A stretch of DNA of 64,000 bases from Phoronis australis (lineage: Eukaryota; Animalia; Phoronida): contig NMRA01000685.1 in NCBI GenBank assembly GCA_002633005.1, forward strand, positions 142,430 through 206,429. The letters are read 5' to 3'. The notes under the pieces were generated by a model. It was not told where the DNA came from. It saw nothing but the letters and a program-made list of their open reading frames with translations, and did not search any database. Numbering within the stretch: the first letter of the stretch is position 1; each line of letters opens with the position of its first letter. The position numbers and the translations under genes are program-made. Below, one piece after another: positions 12,701 to 27,249 of this stretch.

Positions 12701-15700
12701 CCTACCCAGTGAACCACATCATCAGCCGTCTGGAGTCATACCCATCTGTCTCCTTGACATCCAGACACTGTTGTTCCACCAAATATAAAAGTGAACTGTA
12801 TTACGCATAGCGTTAATACCGGGGAACTATCAATGATAGCTACTAACCTTTTTATACGTCTCGAACACACTGACAGCGTAAGCCAGGATGTGGATATATT
12901 TGGGTTTGTGATCGGGGTTGATCTTGTAACCAGGTTTAAACAAGGCGTCTAACAACAAGTCTGAAATAGTAAAAGACACAATGCAAACCATTAATTTAGA
13001 TTAATTAACAGCTTTACTAAAACACAAAACCACATCTAGCAATGAACAATAGAAGTCTTTTTATTCTCTTTTTGTCACAGCAAAGCAATGTTTTAAAATA
13101 GATACAGAGTGAAAATTTGATATATCAAACTTTACCATCATATAAACCAAAATTAGGTTTCAATGACAAACTCCTACAAATTAGGACTTCAAAATGGAGT
13201 CATGTAAACCTTCCGCAAACTGTTAACCTCAGTATACTGAAAATCTTTTACAGTGCTTGGAAAACCAACTGGCTTTTACTAATTTTAATGTTATGTTACT
13301 GACAAAGTGATTCTTTATGGCTACCTTGGTTTAGTGCCTCAAAGAGCGTGAGTTCAAACACCAACAATACTGATTTTTTTACATTGGCAAACTTGCACTT
13401 GCTTTGAAGCTTTGGTGCTGCCGAAGCTTCAGTCAACGGGAACATTTAACTTCGGTCCTGAATCAAAGTTACCAGTGCGAGTTAACTATGAAGTAAAGAC
13501 TGGTGGATTTAACAGCAAAATATCAATGCTTCGATACAATGGGAACACTTAACTTTGATGCCATTGGAGTTATCAGCAGGGGTCACTGCCTACATTTGCC
13601 AAGAGCAGGCGGTGACTGTTTACTATTTGTTAATATTTTGTTCTAATAATTACTATTTTGGGAGTATAAGCGTTTCTGTTTCAATTTATCCACGTATTTG
13701 CTGGATTCTTCACAATAAAAAAGCAATTAACGTAAAGTGTAAACAAAGCGAGATCCCGGCACACCACACTGCCTTTGTTTGGATCAGCTGTTAGCCTGTT
13801 CAAGAGTCAAATTTTTTTAATATGTCATTTTCTAGTAAATTGTCATCGTCTCAACGTGGCAACCATTGGCTGCCTTGGGAACTTGACATAGTTTCCATCT
13901 GGAGAGGGAGAGAGGTTCTTGCCATTTTTGATGGCAAGCACAGAAAAAATAGCAAGGCATATTATCAATGGTCACATTAGCATCGCCTTGTTACAACTTT
14001 ACTGAACCATAACTCCAAAGCTGATGGGAACACTAACGCTTAACTTCACAATTAACCACTGACAGTTAACATTGAAGCTTCAGTAGTAGCTAAAATAACT
14101 GTACAGGAAAGGGCCGCTGTTACAGCTGTCTCATCATAACTTTATCTTATTCTTAATGGATATTTAAGAACTAAAGGCATGTATTCTTACTCACCCAGAA
14201 ACTGCGGAGCTCTGATGAGACTGACAGGTGGTGCATTCTCTGAAGTGTACATCTTGTGAAGCTGAAAGGGAAATTATGAACAAAAATAATTAATCACAAA
14301 TCAATCTCAATCAAAGCAATCAGTGTCAGCACAATTAATTGCTTTCAGGTAGCACTGACTACTTTTCAAAGTTTTGTCCAACATCTGTGACAGACAAATA
14401 CAGAGGCTCAGTAGCTTGAAGTTGGATGTATTTGGATGTAACATCACTCATGTATATGACGCATCTTTTTTCCAGAGTACGAGTTATCTCTAACAGTAGG
14501 ACAAGTGGATAAACTCAATTTTGTTAAAGGGGTATGTCACCAGTTTAGCTGTGACTGATAAAATTCTAAACTGAAGCCTTTTTGGGGTTAAAAACATTAC
14601 CACACTCATACGGCCTTGAATTGTGGCCAAACGAGTTGACAATTAAAGTCAAAGGAAATGCGCACATGTGTTATTTTCGAGTTCTTAATTTTCTTGAGCC
14701 ACTGATTATTTTAATGTTCTTATTGGTACCGGAAATAAAGTCCTATTTCGTTCTTGGGCTACTAAATACTGACCACATGTAATTTTAACTTCGTACAATC
14801 GTGATACAAGTAACTTGTTAACTCAACGCAGTTTGCTAAACTTACCACAGTAATATCTGCAGGGTTGAGAGCATTCCTTGACATCATTGAGGCAAGTGCT
14901 TGACAGGCCCGGGGGAATGCTGCAGCCCCACTGAGCGCCATGGTTACAGGGGTCACATCCAAACCCCTAAGATATATAAACCAAGCACTATCACTTTCCT
15001 GTGCAGATTCGTAATAAAGCAGTGTGTAGTAGTGCTGAGTAAAACTTGATCAGGTTCCTAAGCTGTTAGAGGACTGGGCTCCTTGGCAATTAGAGCACCC
15101 ACTTTCAACAACTTTTCACCGTGTTGCACCAAAGAATGAACTTGAGATGTTTTTCTTATACAATGCTGATGGTACGCTAATTCAGTTAAAAACTTTTTAA
15201 ATATCACTGATAATTGAAAAAGTATGCGTAGCACTCAAGACATAAAGCGCGTTTTCCAATTATATCGCATTATTCACCTATCCTGTTTTACATAGGAGAG
15301 GATACGATCTCATTCTGAGGACGATTACCATAGGTGTATACATGTAGGCCGGGAAATCGGTATTCAAGTACTGGTACTCAAGTATGTGCACAACAAAACG
15401 ACACACGTAAACTACCACAAGCAAGAAAACCAGTTTTTATCAGTCACTGGAAATTTCGGAAGCATGAAATATGTTTAAGAACTTACTTCGTCAACAGCTA
15501 AAATTGGATTTTGTAATTGGTATTCAGGCAGTTTTGAGAGCATAGTACTATGACATATTGACAAAAGACACCAAAATTGAAAAACCATGTCTTTTTTGAA
15601 ATATGAATTGCCTTGTTAGGTGAAAACACATATCAGATAGGCCAACTACAGTGACAGGGACACAAAGTGGTTCACAATTATAGCCATTTTCAAGAGTACA

Positions 15701-18700
15701 CAAAACACACCTTACATGGTACTTGATGAACAAATATACAGTTTATTACTAGGTGAATCCTGATTACGGTTATGTAGGACGCTAGAAAAATGTTCAATTT
15801 TGGTTATCTTCCAAAAATCATAACGTCATCATTATTAATCATGGTTATGTCTGCTCTTGTCATCCTCTCTTGCCATCTCATCTGTCATCATCATGTTATC
15901 GTCGTCCATGAGACGCGTACGATGACGTTAATAATTGACGAAATCGACCAATGACGTTGACTGATGAAAAAGGAACAGCGCATGATCGCCGATAGATGGT
16001 GCTAGGTATAGTAAGTTCAGTGTGGGAACATCAATAGCGCAATTAGTTGATCTGTCAATTGTGCTTCTTCTGCTAATTTTATTTCATTTCAATCGCACAG
16101 TGAACACTTTATGTTCACTTAGTGGTAACTAAACCATTTCAATGATGTTTTTCATTTTAAAATTGCTTCAATTAATACTACAGGTACTCCAATATCGTCC
16201 ACATACGTCGCGATTCTACTCGACGATTCCATTGATAAGGCATTCCCAGAGTATGCATGACAAGGGAGATAAGTCTTTATTTTGAAACATAAACGAGTCG
16301 ACAAATTTGGATTTTCTTCCCTACAAGGATTATAATTACCATTTTTAAGAATGTAATCCAAACTTCTACATTCAAATTACAACAATGACAAGTCGTTTTT
16401 CTGCAGTTTATTTGGCGCGGATACGAACCGATGTGATCTCGCGTGATCCAGCCTCATCACCCGTTTTTCGCGGTATTTTGTAAATGTGAAGTGCCATATG
16501 TGAAAGACCAGTCGCCAACTGACTAGAGCGACGTCTTTCGTGAAAATGACTGTGAAGCCAATGGAGCTAAAGCTTCAGGTTCTCCCCTCAACGGGATTCT
16601 GTGCCAGGTTCCCCCCTAGAGGGGACTCTGTGTTCAGGTTCCCCTCTTGAGGGGGCTCTGTGTTCAGGTTCCCACCTTGAAAGGGGCTCTGTGTTCAGGT
16701 TCCCCCCTTGAGGGGGCTCTGTGTTCAGGATCCACCCTTGAGATGGCTTTGTGTTCACGTTCCCCCCTTGAGGGGGCTGCGTTCAGGTTCCCCCCTTGAG
16801 GGGGCTCTGTGTTCAGGTTCCCCCCTTGAGGGGGCTCTGTGCCAGGTTTCCCATTATGCTCAATACATTCAGCTTAGGTCCCCAACACAAAGAGGGACCT
16901 CACAATGTAGAACAGAGCCCAAAATCGTGGTATTCTAACAAGAGAGCTTGGATATAAGGACAGAGACAAGTGCACAGCGTATTGAAACCAATACAACATT
17001 TGTATAGGTTATAAGTGGTATTGGCCGACTGTGAATAGCACTCGAGGAAGGTGGTGAATGGTGACCAGGTGACTGGGTACTGGAGCGAAAGAACAAACTG
17101 CTCTTGGACATGAGGGGACCCAATACCTGATCAAGCTTCAAGTACCCCCAAAAATGGATCCAACACTGCTTCTGAGGAAAGACGCCCATTTGTGAAGTGT
17201 GCATGTTTCATACGCATTGTGAAAAGGGCCATAATTGTGAATAATTCATACATTTCATATTTATCTTCTTTCACATCAACATTTTTGCGATAATTGATAA
17301 ACACATCATAAAACAAGTATCAATAAGAAAGTGTAGATATCCGATTGTATCCATAAATGAATAGCGGTATACAGCCATATAGAGAATTGCGAAGTAGGAC
17401 CATCCAACTTACTAGTATTTAAAAACACTGCATAGCCCAGAATGGAGCAACATGTGGGGAAACTAAACCATTCTCTGTTAAATCCTGACACTTTTGGTCA
17501 AATATTCCATGCAAAACACCCAAGTTCACACCCAGGATTAACTTCAAATTTAATTCATTGTAAACTGGACAGGTAAACGTATGTCAGTCTACCATTAGTT
17601 GCCAACTAACATCATATCATTAAACAAGACTACCTTTCCTTAGCACAGCGCTGCAACTCCTGACATAACCGTTTGATGTTAGCGCCACCCTTAGGCTCCT
17701 GAGACAGGATGTGAAGAAGCACCTGGCTGTACAAGTATGTGTGCTCTCCATGACATGACATTTTCTGTAGGAAAAGAATATATCAGCATTAATTTGAATG
17801 ATAAGCAATGTGTAAAGTGAACAATTTAAATCAGAAAAACAAGGACTGAAATAACTGTTTAAAATTGAGAACTATTTTAGACCAGTTAGACTGTATCAAA
17901 AGAATCTCTCTTCTTGAAAAATGACTGCAGCACTGTAGATGAAAACCCTTGAATTGAACCACTGGCCATTACTGGGTATTCAGGGATATCATCAGATCTT
18001 GCCTGCATTCAATTTGATGGTCAGCTAAAGGGAAATAGTAATGGTTCTTTATAGAAACCTCAGTTTGTGAAAACAACTGCACTGGCATGCTTTACCTCTC
18101 TTGACTGGCTACAAATCAAAATGCAATTAAAATTTTCCCTCCACTGAAGATAACCAACTGTCTATTAAGCAATGTTTGCATGTATAAAGTTTGTAGGTAC
18201 AATTGTGAACTGTGGGTCGGTGGCCTCTTGCTTAAAACAAAGTTATATAATCATAATAATAAATATCACCAAAAGGCTCACTACAAATTCTGCGAGATTC
18301 TTGTTCAATGCGTCGTCACCAGATTGCAGGAAGGTAGTGATGGAGGTCCTCATGACCCTGGAGAACACCTCGATCTGGTGACAAGCAGTGGACACACTAG
18401 TAATCTCGCCCTGGTAACCAGCGTCTGAGATGAGCTGCAATGGAAAACAGTTATGTTTCAAACCACAAAGTGCTTCATTAAGAATTCAACATTGACAGCT
18501 AAACAGTTGCATTTCGCCACTGTTTAGCTGTTAGTTAAAAATTTTTAGAGGTTTTGGACTGTGTATAATAACTTTATTACACAAAATCTAACAAGCACGT
18601 ATTTTGAGAAATAAATGAGGAGTTTAGGATTTTAAAGAAAAAAATAATGATTTTTTGATTTCCCACTACATGATGTCATCAGTGGAAGATGTTGATCAGT

Positions 18701-21700
18701 TGACAATAAATATGCAAGGGTGAATAGCAGTGATTTTGTGAGTTACAAAGACTTACAGAGTGAGCCTGATGAGTATTATGAAGACAGACATGGAGATGGG
18801 GTGAAGATGACACTCAGGCCATAGGTAAAACAGGTAATAAGTTAGACTTCGCCATATAGGCAGACTTTGTGTGTTTGAGGCTCCACAAACTCGACCTGGC
18901 CTCCTGCGTCGTCGGCAAGTGAAGTGCAGCCAAAGCCTACTTAGTCTGTGGACAGTCCTGTTTTCAGAGAGGTAATTACACCTTTTTATTGTCACTATTT
19001 AATTTTGTAATCATTTCAATGTTGGGTAACATATGCGTCTCCGACTGTAAATCTAACCAAAGTTTTTACTCTGACTGACAAACCCAAGTCGTGAATAGTG
19101 AACACTGATGTCATTTTTTCGAATGCTGAGACCGTTTGTCATGAACGATGATATCTAATTTTAGTGATGCTAACTGGATTTTATTTCTGGTAAATGGTAC
19201 TCGTTTCTGTCTTGTTTCAAAATTATGAAAGCTTTGTAGGCCGTTGTGATTCGTTGATTATTTTGGTCCAGTGTCCGACTCCAGTCTCTGTACTGGCTAC
19301 GGTCGTGACCTCAAACTATTATGCATGGCATTTACATCCAAATTTCTACTATTAGGCATTGACGGATACGTGAATAGCATGCATTCCCACAAAATCGTAT
19401 CGTGAACAGGAGTAGACTGATGAAAACTTACTGCAATCACATTCATTATCTCAGTCACAATTTGATGGTGAGGCTCATACTCAGTGTGTGCCTGACGACT
19501 ATGTTCCCAGTAATGGCACAGCACATTACAACTTTTGGTCATCGAACAAACGAAGAAGAGCAACTACCAAATTGTTGGTTTTCAAATTCAACCATTTATG
19601 ACATTGGTGTGAAGGTTTTCAATGACAGAAAAGTATTCAATATTATCTTTCTGGAAAAGATGCACAGTTTTTCCTCGGTAGTTTCAAATGGAATCTCCGT
19701 AATCGAACAAGCGACAATTTGGAAGTATTGTACAATTTAATAAAGAACCCTTTGTAGTGTCAATTTCAGGACATGTACGTACCTCAATATGAAGTTACCC
19801 ATTTCAACCCAGTCCCAGCCAGCTTCATCAATATTTTAAGCTGGTTCAGACATTCTGAGGAAGAGTATGGTGTTACAGGGCCATAAAGCAATTGGGAGAC
19901 AAGATTATTACTCAACAAAGGAACAGCAACACTGCAAAACTAATGAAAAGAATGACCCAAGGCGGATAACATTTCAGCTAACCTTGATGGTAAAGTTTAA
20001 CATAAGGCAATCCGGGTAATCCTCAGCCAGTTTATAGAACAAAGTCCTCCATGTTGGATGATCAATCATGTCTGCTAACCATGATGGTGTCTGAAATCAG
20101 ACAGATAAAACATGGAAACTTACAAAATATCATATCAGCAGTATTCATCCGAGACTGCACTGTTGCATCATTTAACACATTTAAGGTAAAGAAGACGAAT
20201 AATTAAGTAGACAGATGCATCACCATGGTTGCGGTTGTGATGCAACAAGTCTAAAATATTAAAAACACCAGTTTCTGGTTTAGGTATCTTTCCATATCTT
20301 TCATTGATAGGAATACTACCAGATTTGCTGTTTATCCCCAAACATTGCCCACCACTTTGAAGCAGTGTTATGATTTCTAGACTGCTTTTTGAACCCCAAA
20401 AACTTGAAAAAGAGACAAAATATAAGAAGGCTGGTCCACTGCTCTTCAGTGTTTGGAGGTGCAGATATTAACGCCATGAGATGGGGTTAAACTTTTAGGA
20501 TTCAACTCTACATTGACACACTGCAAAGCAACCAAGAAATATTTTCAGCTTCAAAGAATGGTTCCATTTTCCAAGATTTTGTGCAATCACTTAATATGTA
20601 ATGCTCACCTCTCCTTGATCTGAGAAAATAGAGTCTGCCTTACGAGGGCTGAAGTGTTTCAGTAACATGTCTTTCAGATGGTTTTCAACAGTTTCCTGTA
20701 CTTCTCTAATGTCCACGCCTATAGTAGAAACAACACACAATTCTCACACACGGCTTAAATACAGTAGTATTGACCATTGAAATTCAGTTATTAAAGGCAA
20801 ACGTCATTAATTTGATCCAACTCTACATTCAGAAAATCAGAATGAGTTATTTCATGGTAACGCTTTGTTTTAAGTTATAATTTCAAATGGTCAGTCTACA
20901 AAATGATATATTTTTTCTGTACAGAAAACACATCAATTTTTCTAAAATCTTATGTCACGCTGGATACCAATTTAACAGTCACATTCTCAGCTTTCAGCTA
21001 ATTATTCTGCGAATACAGAATACTGGTTAGTCCAAGTTTTTTACCTTTTCCTTACTACCGGTATTTCCAAATTTATAAAGTGCATTGTAAATCCTGAACT
21101 ACTGATCCTAGAAACTCGCATTTTTACACGCATTTGAGCTACATGTAAACCTTTTTAATGATATTTTGTTATACACAATTCACCAGGAAGTCTAAAAACC
21201 TAACAGAAAAAAAAACAAATTAAAGATTTTTAAGCTGATATTCTAATGTTGCGTGTTAGTAGTCACTGGTATATTCTTTCAGATTAAATAAAATTCCTAT
21301 CCGTACCCTCTACGCAATATTTGTACAAAACGGTTAGTAGAAATACAAATAAAATGAGCACTATCCCGTACAAGTCAATATCAAAATTTAATGTTTCAAT
21401 TTAATCCATGTAACATTTATTTCAACCTTAATTAAATGCAAATACAACGCAGCTATTCAATTGTAACACTGTAATTTCATTATCACAACGCAAATTTAAG
21501 AAACAGTTTAGCAACATTAATAATTTAATTTGAAATTACTCTTTAAGTCAATTTTAAGTGATGTAATATTAGTTTTACATTTAATTCAATGTAAATTAAA
21601 AGCGAATATTCAATTAAATAGTCACACAGAGTAATTACTGCCTTCAAGCAATAATATTCAACTTAACAATCTCAAAGACAATGTTTAGCAGTGCATGTGT

Positions 21701-24700
21701 GGTGGAATGGTTAAAATGACCATAACCCCATCTTTAAGCTACTACCTGATACTAGCTCCACCTAGAGAGCAGTATGTTGCTGAACATTTATTGCAATACT
21801 TAAACATTAATTCACCAAACACGAGTTTGAATCTAAGTTTCACGAGATTCTACAGAAAAAATTTCTTTTAAGAATGTATAGGCACAGACAAATGGAAATA
21901 CAGCCCTCGTTTTATACAATGTCCTTTTAAAGACTGAAACATCATCCATAGTCAAATAAGCTTGAACTCCATACATCTAACACCAGCCAGGTGACCATTG
22001 CCTCACCTGCCATGATGAGCCACTCGGCCAAAAGATTAACTGTTTGAGCTACAGCTGTGTAGTTGTCAGACAATAGTTCTACAACTTTCTCTGGAACACC
22101 TCCTGCCTTGAAATACCTACATGTAAGATAATAGTATCACAAAAACAGTTTATTTCAACTTACCAAGAAAAGGTAATTGACCTATCGCCAGGATTTTGAG
22201 AGACGACCAATCAGAATGTAGTATTCTTGACACACCTTCGTTTCAAAGCTGCCATTTTACCCAACAAACAACACGTAGCAAGGTAAAAGTAAGAGANNNN
22301 NNNNNNNNNNNNNNNNNNNNNNNNNNNNNNNNNNNNNNNNNNNNNNNNNNNNNNNNNNNNNNNNNNTCGTCACTTTCAAATTCCCTGGTCTCCGCCATTG
22401 TTCAATGCTAGTCACTGATCTCTTGTGTTCAACCCATGACGTCACATGGCGGGAAATGTGAAAATTGGCAAAATTGAAAGAAAATTCAAAATTTTGAGCT
22501 AATTACACAAAATAAACATGGGTTTAGCTAAATTGTACGTCATACATTTAGTCTGTGGCCACCGGTAATTCAAAATGTGCAAAAATCCATGGTCTGTACT
22601 GTTTAAGACATAACATAATAATAACTGTAAATAAAATTAGTTAGGAGGCGTACTAAATGTTTTGACAGCTAATATGAAGGTCCCCTTAACATAAAGAATT
22701 GGAAAGTAGAAAAATTAATATGAATAAGGCAACTAAGCCAAAAGAGGTAAAAAATATGAGATATACTTAAAAAAACAAAGTGAAGTAGCGCTAAACATAG
22801 ACTGGCCATTACAACCAGGTGCAACTGAGATTCTCACGACTCTTGCTTGTCATATCATTGTTACTACACCAGAACGAAACTTTTGTAATGGACCAAGCCA
22901 ATAGCGCTACGGTACCCACCTTCCGAGCTGAGCGAAAACAGTTGGTTCCATGATGAAGTCTTTACTCTTGAACAGTTGCACACACTCGTCCTGTACAGCT
23001 TGTTGTTCACCCTCATCTTCTGAACCTCCATCACCTGACTGAACACATAGCACGTTAAACACTCTTAATCTTAACGCAGCATGTGATGTCAAGAACATGC
23101 CCAACTCGCAAAGAAAAGTCTGTCGTCAACTTCGATACAGTACACTCATGGCATGTGCATGCTTGATTTTATACTTTAGTGGAAGAATGGGAATTTGGAT
23201 AATGTGGCAACTTGGCCGAAGTACTTTTGTGCTGAGAAATACTACTAGTTTACAGGTAATAATTGCTTGATATTAAAGCGAAGTGCAAACAATTCTGACT
23301 GGTATTTTGTTTTGAATTGAACAAAATCCTGTGAACAGAGAACACTTTATTGAAAAACCGTAGAAAAAAGAAATTGGTCAACACGTGACGCTCTATTTCA
23401 TGGCGATCAAAGCCGACACATATGATTGCTCCACGAATTTCATGACTGATCCTGAAATTTTGCTGTAGAATAACTACAATGTTAGCACAGATAATCAAGT
23501 TAATTTACTCAAAGAATTGAGTGGGTTTTAACGGCAATAATTATATGTCGTATTTTATTTCGGTTACTTTCCACACAGATTGCTCCAATGTATAATTATA
23601 AAGCTTAGTGTCGAGGTTAACTCTGCATTGGCCTTTGTTTGGAATAAGGGCAAAAAGACGAAATCAAAGAAAATATGACAGAAATAATGCTATGTAAAAC
23701 TACATTCTTTTTCAGTGCACTAACTTGGTTACTATTGCAAAAATAATGTCACTAGTCCACTATTCTGAAATCAAATTTGTGGATGGATCAAAAGCATCTG
23801 ATCTAGAATAAGAACAACATCTGCAGATGTTGTCAAATTTCGGTTTTTGCTGATTTTTCAGGCCACAGAATTTTTTACACCTTTATGCAGTTTACTACAC
23901 CAATTATCAGAACTGGTGGTACTTCAATAGTCCATATTGAGCAAAGTTTGGTTTAGTGAAACTATCACTACCTCTCCAAAGATGTCACTTTACTTCGAAC
24001 CAAATAATTGAGCAAACGGCATTTGCACGCTTCACATGCATACTGCTTTCAACACCTTGATGAAACTGATGTCCAAGGCCCCAATCCCTCGATTTTGGGG
24101 CCGAATATCAGCTCCCTTGCCCTCTGAAAAATATTAACAAATCACGCGAAATTCCCCCCATGAGGTCAAAAGTGATTAAAAAATTCCCTTTGTAGTTAAA
24201 ATCACTCGTAACTCGATCACAGCGACGATTTGAAACAGCACAAAATGTTAGTTTTGACTACCTGAGGCAGAGACTATGAGGGCTGGTGACAGGGGGTGGG
24301 GGTGCTGTTGACAGTGATGGAAGCCTTCCAACACCGTCAAAAGCATCCCCACCTCCTCCCAGGGCCTGGGAGGGGGTAGAAATTTTCCCCTCGACTCGAC
24401 CTCACCCAAAAACCCCCTCCCTCAGGCGAGGGAGGGTCCTGACATCTGATTTTTGTTTTTCATTTCAAAAGCAGGAGACAGAGATGCAAATAAATGACAG
24501 TCAATAAGGCAGCCTGGATCCGGAGACCAACCGGTAACTGCGGTGAACTGTGCCAAACGGCAACGGCCAATGCGCAATGGCAATTGTGGAGTGTCAATCG
24601 CCCCGGCTTCAGCGATAGCAAGCACAATCAGAATTTACCCCACTCAAAGTCTACTTACTCCAGCATCGTCATCCCATATACTTTCATCTTCATCGTCAGC

Positions 24701-24703
24701 CAT
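6753..24703 (-). CDS. NELFCD: Negative elongation factor C/D (TH1-like), complete, 16 coding exons, about 574 aa
   Basis: complement(join(6753..6781,7101..7230,7954..8094,10028..10123,10958..11072,12295..12431,12848..12960,14195..14261,14846..14966,17634..17764,18282..18434,19983..20090,20609..20718,22007..22116,22920..23038,24659..24703)) = 1725 nt, all GT-AG and in phase. Hallmark peptides: [98 protein letters not shown]. Confidence 0.97.
8329..9133. mobile_element. Degenerate TIR element (MITE) in a NELFCD intron
   Basis: 'cctaaatatcgga' near the left end and 'tccgatatttagg' near the right end; termini 'atagtgaagtaa' / 'ttgcttgactat'. Confidence 0.45.
10829..10980. repeat. Perfect 50-bp tandem triplication spanning the NELFCD exon 12 / intron 12 boundary
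   Basis: 'cacatattcccatagtaactcacttacctcatctagtagggccaagtgta' x3 at 10831-10880, 10881-10930 and 10931-10980. Confidence 0.97.
11465..11803. repeat. 28-bp minisatellite, about 12 copies
   Basis: Unit ~'cgtgttgtactgacc(c/t)attcatattgaa'. Confidence 0.95.
11916..12089. mobile_element. Hairpin MITE (~70-bp arms) in a NELFCD intron
   Basis: 'cttattcacgcagtcgcc...tagtgagcctctttttag...acaatgcattt' versus 'aaatgcattgt...ctaaaaagaggctcacta...ggcgactgcgtgaataag'. Confidence 0.8.
16575..16853. repeat. ~30-bp GC-rich minisatellite, about 9 copies
   Basis: Unit ~'ggggctctgtgttcaggttccccccttgag'. Confidence 0.93.
22296..22366. other. Assembly gap (run of N)
   Basis: N run in NELFCD intron 2; the exon phase is intact across it. 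Confidence 0.98.
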
Positions 24704-25165
24704 CGCAGCAGCAACTTAAGCTTTTTTGTTAATTCATCGTACCTCGACGAAAACCGCTCCGTAAATCAAATGACCTTGACATTTAGGCAACATGAAGCGC
24801 CACATGTTGGCCGGTGAACAAACTTTTATTTCATTTCATTGTCACGACTATGCCATCATACCGTGACCAATGAGCTATAATTTATCCCATTGTTGGTGGC
24901 AGTGGTGGTGCGACGGTGGTGGTATTAACACGCACTAAGTATATACACAAGTTAATAAAATACGCAAATGAAATAACCCGAGGATAACATAAAAAATTTC
25001 AAAGCGACTCTTCCCGAGACATGGGGGTCTAGTCGCAGTTTGTTGACAAATTTGCAGATACAAACGATAACAAGGACTAAATAAACCCAAAATACTGACA
25101 CAGATGAGCTAAAAATGTAATCACCTAGCACCACATTAGCCAAAAGGATTTTTCAACTATAGCTT

Positions 25166-25333
25166 CAGGGGCGGATCATGATTTTGAGTTGGGCGGGGGG
25201 GGGGGGCCGGCAGGGCAGGGCAGGGCAGAGAATTATAGCCAGGATTTTGCACCTCAGACCTTCGCAACTCCGAAGCGCCAAACGGAATATGGGAGAATTT
25301 TAAGGGGGGGGGGGGAGGGCAAGTCTGCCACTG
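25166..25333. mobile_element. hAT-type MITE (CAGGGGCGGA...GCCACTG family), copy 1
   Basis: TIR-like ends shared with 41189-41350 and 61767-62077; flanks agctt/ggctt. Confidence 0.7.
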
Positions 25334-25569
25334 GGCTTAGTAGTGGCTGCTCAACGTCAAGTACTTTTCTCTACGTGTATGACAATGATGCATGGTGCCT
25401 GCACAATGCGTTATGACTGCCAGTGCCGCAGTAGGTAACAACTGGCAGTTAGTTATTGCTCAAGACCAGGCTCTATCGCATGTCATTTTATGCACCGAGG
25501 ATGGTTTCAAGGTATATAGAGGTGTGATTGACGAGAGCAAATATACGAGCGCACATTTCCGATCCGTCT

Positions 25570-25850
25570 TAAGGCTATGAAGGACCCCGCTAGTTCACAT
25601 ATCTCGGACAAAAGTTTCTTAAATTTCGACATGTAGTGGGATCTTGTCAAAGACTACAAAAATTTGCCACCCGTCTTCAGAAATGACTTTCAGTCATTCC
25701 AGCTTTCGCGGTTACTGTTTTTATTGACTGGGAGTCATTTCTGAAGACTGGTGGCACTGAAATTTTTGTAGTCTTTGGCAAGACGTGATGTGACCATATG
25801 CCAAAATTTTCAAGAAACTTTCACCCGATAGCTACGAAACGATGCCTTAG
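25570..25850. mobile_element. Palindromic MITE
   Basis: 'tcttgtcaaagactacaaaaattt...tcttcagaaatgact' versus 'agtcatttctgaaga...aaatttttgtagtctttggcaaga'. Confidence 0.7.
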
Positions 25851-26099
25851 TTGGTCCTGTTGTGATAAGTCTTTGATTTGAAGATCATTTTATCGCCATT
25901 ATTTTCTCTTTTAATTACAACAAACACAATCAGCATAATAACTCATTTTCAAAATAGCCGCACCATATTGAATTTCACCATCCCGCTACTATAGAGACCG
26001 CAGGTCTTTGGTGCCAAAGGCGTTCAATGCCTACAGATCACATGTAAAGCGTATGGGAGGTTTCAGGTATAAATAATGTTTTAACACCTTTTGTGCTGT

Positions 26100-26245
26100 A
26101 ATGCCGGAAGATTTCTAATAATGTGAAGGGGTGTGTACTAATGACTCACGCACCAAATCTTTTGAAATAGTATGGAGTGGAGGACAGCGTGTTCCATACA
26201 TTTCCCACTAAGAAGAAGAATCTGCGGCTGCGAAGTCAGGAAGTC
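26100..26245 (+). mobile_element. Degenerate THAP-domain-like transposase remnant
   Basis: Fragments GVCTNDSR and VFHTFPTKKKNLRLRSQ resemble a THAP N-terminus (C..C....FH.FP); broken by stops and a frameshift. Confidence 0.4.
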
Positions 26246-26374
26246 GCATTTACTGCTTTTCCGGTAATCGGAACCACTTACTCCTCTCTCGTTCTTGCAA
26301 TTATTTCTTCAGCTCTGAGACTTTAAAAGAGCGAAAAAGAGTAAAAAGTAGCGTGACTAGCTATCAGTCATTTT

Positions 26375-26456
26375 GGAAATCTGTCCGGGATCTGAGTCGG
26401 GAGACCAAGCGAAGTCACGTTCGAGCTCTCAACCACTGAGGCATACAGGGGCCCAT
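26375..26456 (-). mobile_element. tRNA-derived SINE head (degenerate)
   Basis: The minus strand reads gggcccctgtatgcctcagtggttgagagc..., an A-box-like sequence. Confidence 0.35.
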
Positions 26457-27249
26457 GTACACTTTTGCAGTTTTTCCTAACCAATGTTGTGCTAGACTTG
26501 TCTCAAAATCGTTTTCGTCATCATGCAGGTAGTCCTGATCGTAATCAGCACCGACTTCATCTTCGTCAACGTCATCACCATCACCATTAAATCTGTCAAA
26601 AACTCACATACCGTAGAAAAACTGACTATTCGTTTAGACAACTTACAGTAATAAAATTGGTGTCAACTTGTTTCTTACTTGCACTAGAGGAAATTTTGAA
26701 CAGTAGTTTCGTTATTGCTTGAGAGCAGGATCATTAAGTTGGCTTGTCCTGGCATGTCATTATACGTGTCATTATACGTGTCGAGCTTAGTCTCAATATT
26801 AAGCATTGACATAAGGCTAGTTCTTTCAAGACCCAGAAAATCACTGAGAAAGGAGAAATTTGAGAGAAGTATTATAAAGGGAAGCGGTCTAAAGTATAAG
26901 TTCAGACAACTGAAAGGTGGTTTTATAGCAACTTTGTAAGATCAAATCTATTGTGTCATGATTTGCGTATGATTACAATCCCAAGACTGCGTAAGTCACA
27001 TAAATTAATTCTGCACGTCTATATTTTGTTTCTTTCTAAAGTTATGGGGTTACATAATTAATGCAGTTGTTTCCGTTGTCGGATTAGTGACACAATGACA
27101 TGCTCATTGCAGCGCCCTTAAGCCTATCCATTTAACGGTACTATTATTATGATGCGTCACGTGAAATGTTCAAGTTTGCTGTGAACGCATACCATGCAAT
27201 TTTATGAAAACAAACTGCTCAAGTTTGACTAGCACAGTATCAATATCCT

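Noticed and set aside
16575-16938. ORF 16708-16938 and its 30-bp repeats as a gene or CRISPR
   Set aside because: The ORF is a by-product of a stop-free minisatellite.
19297-19740. ORFs 19402-19740 and 19297-19563 in a NELFCD intron
   Set aside because: No recognisable homology; possibly old TE debris.
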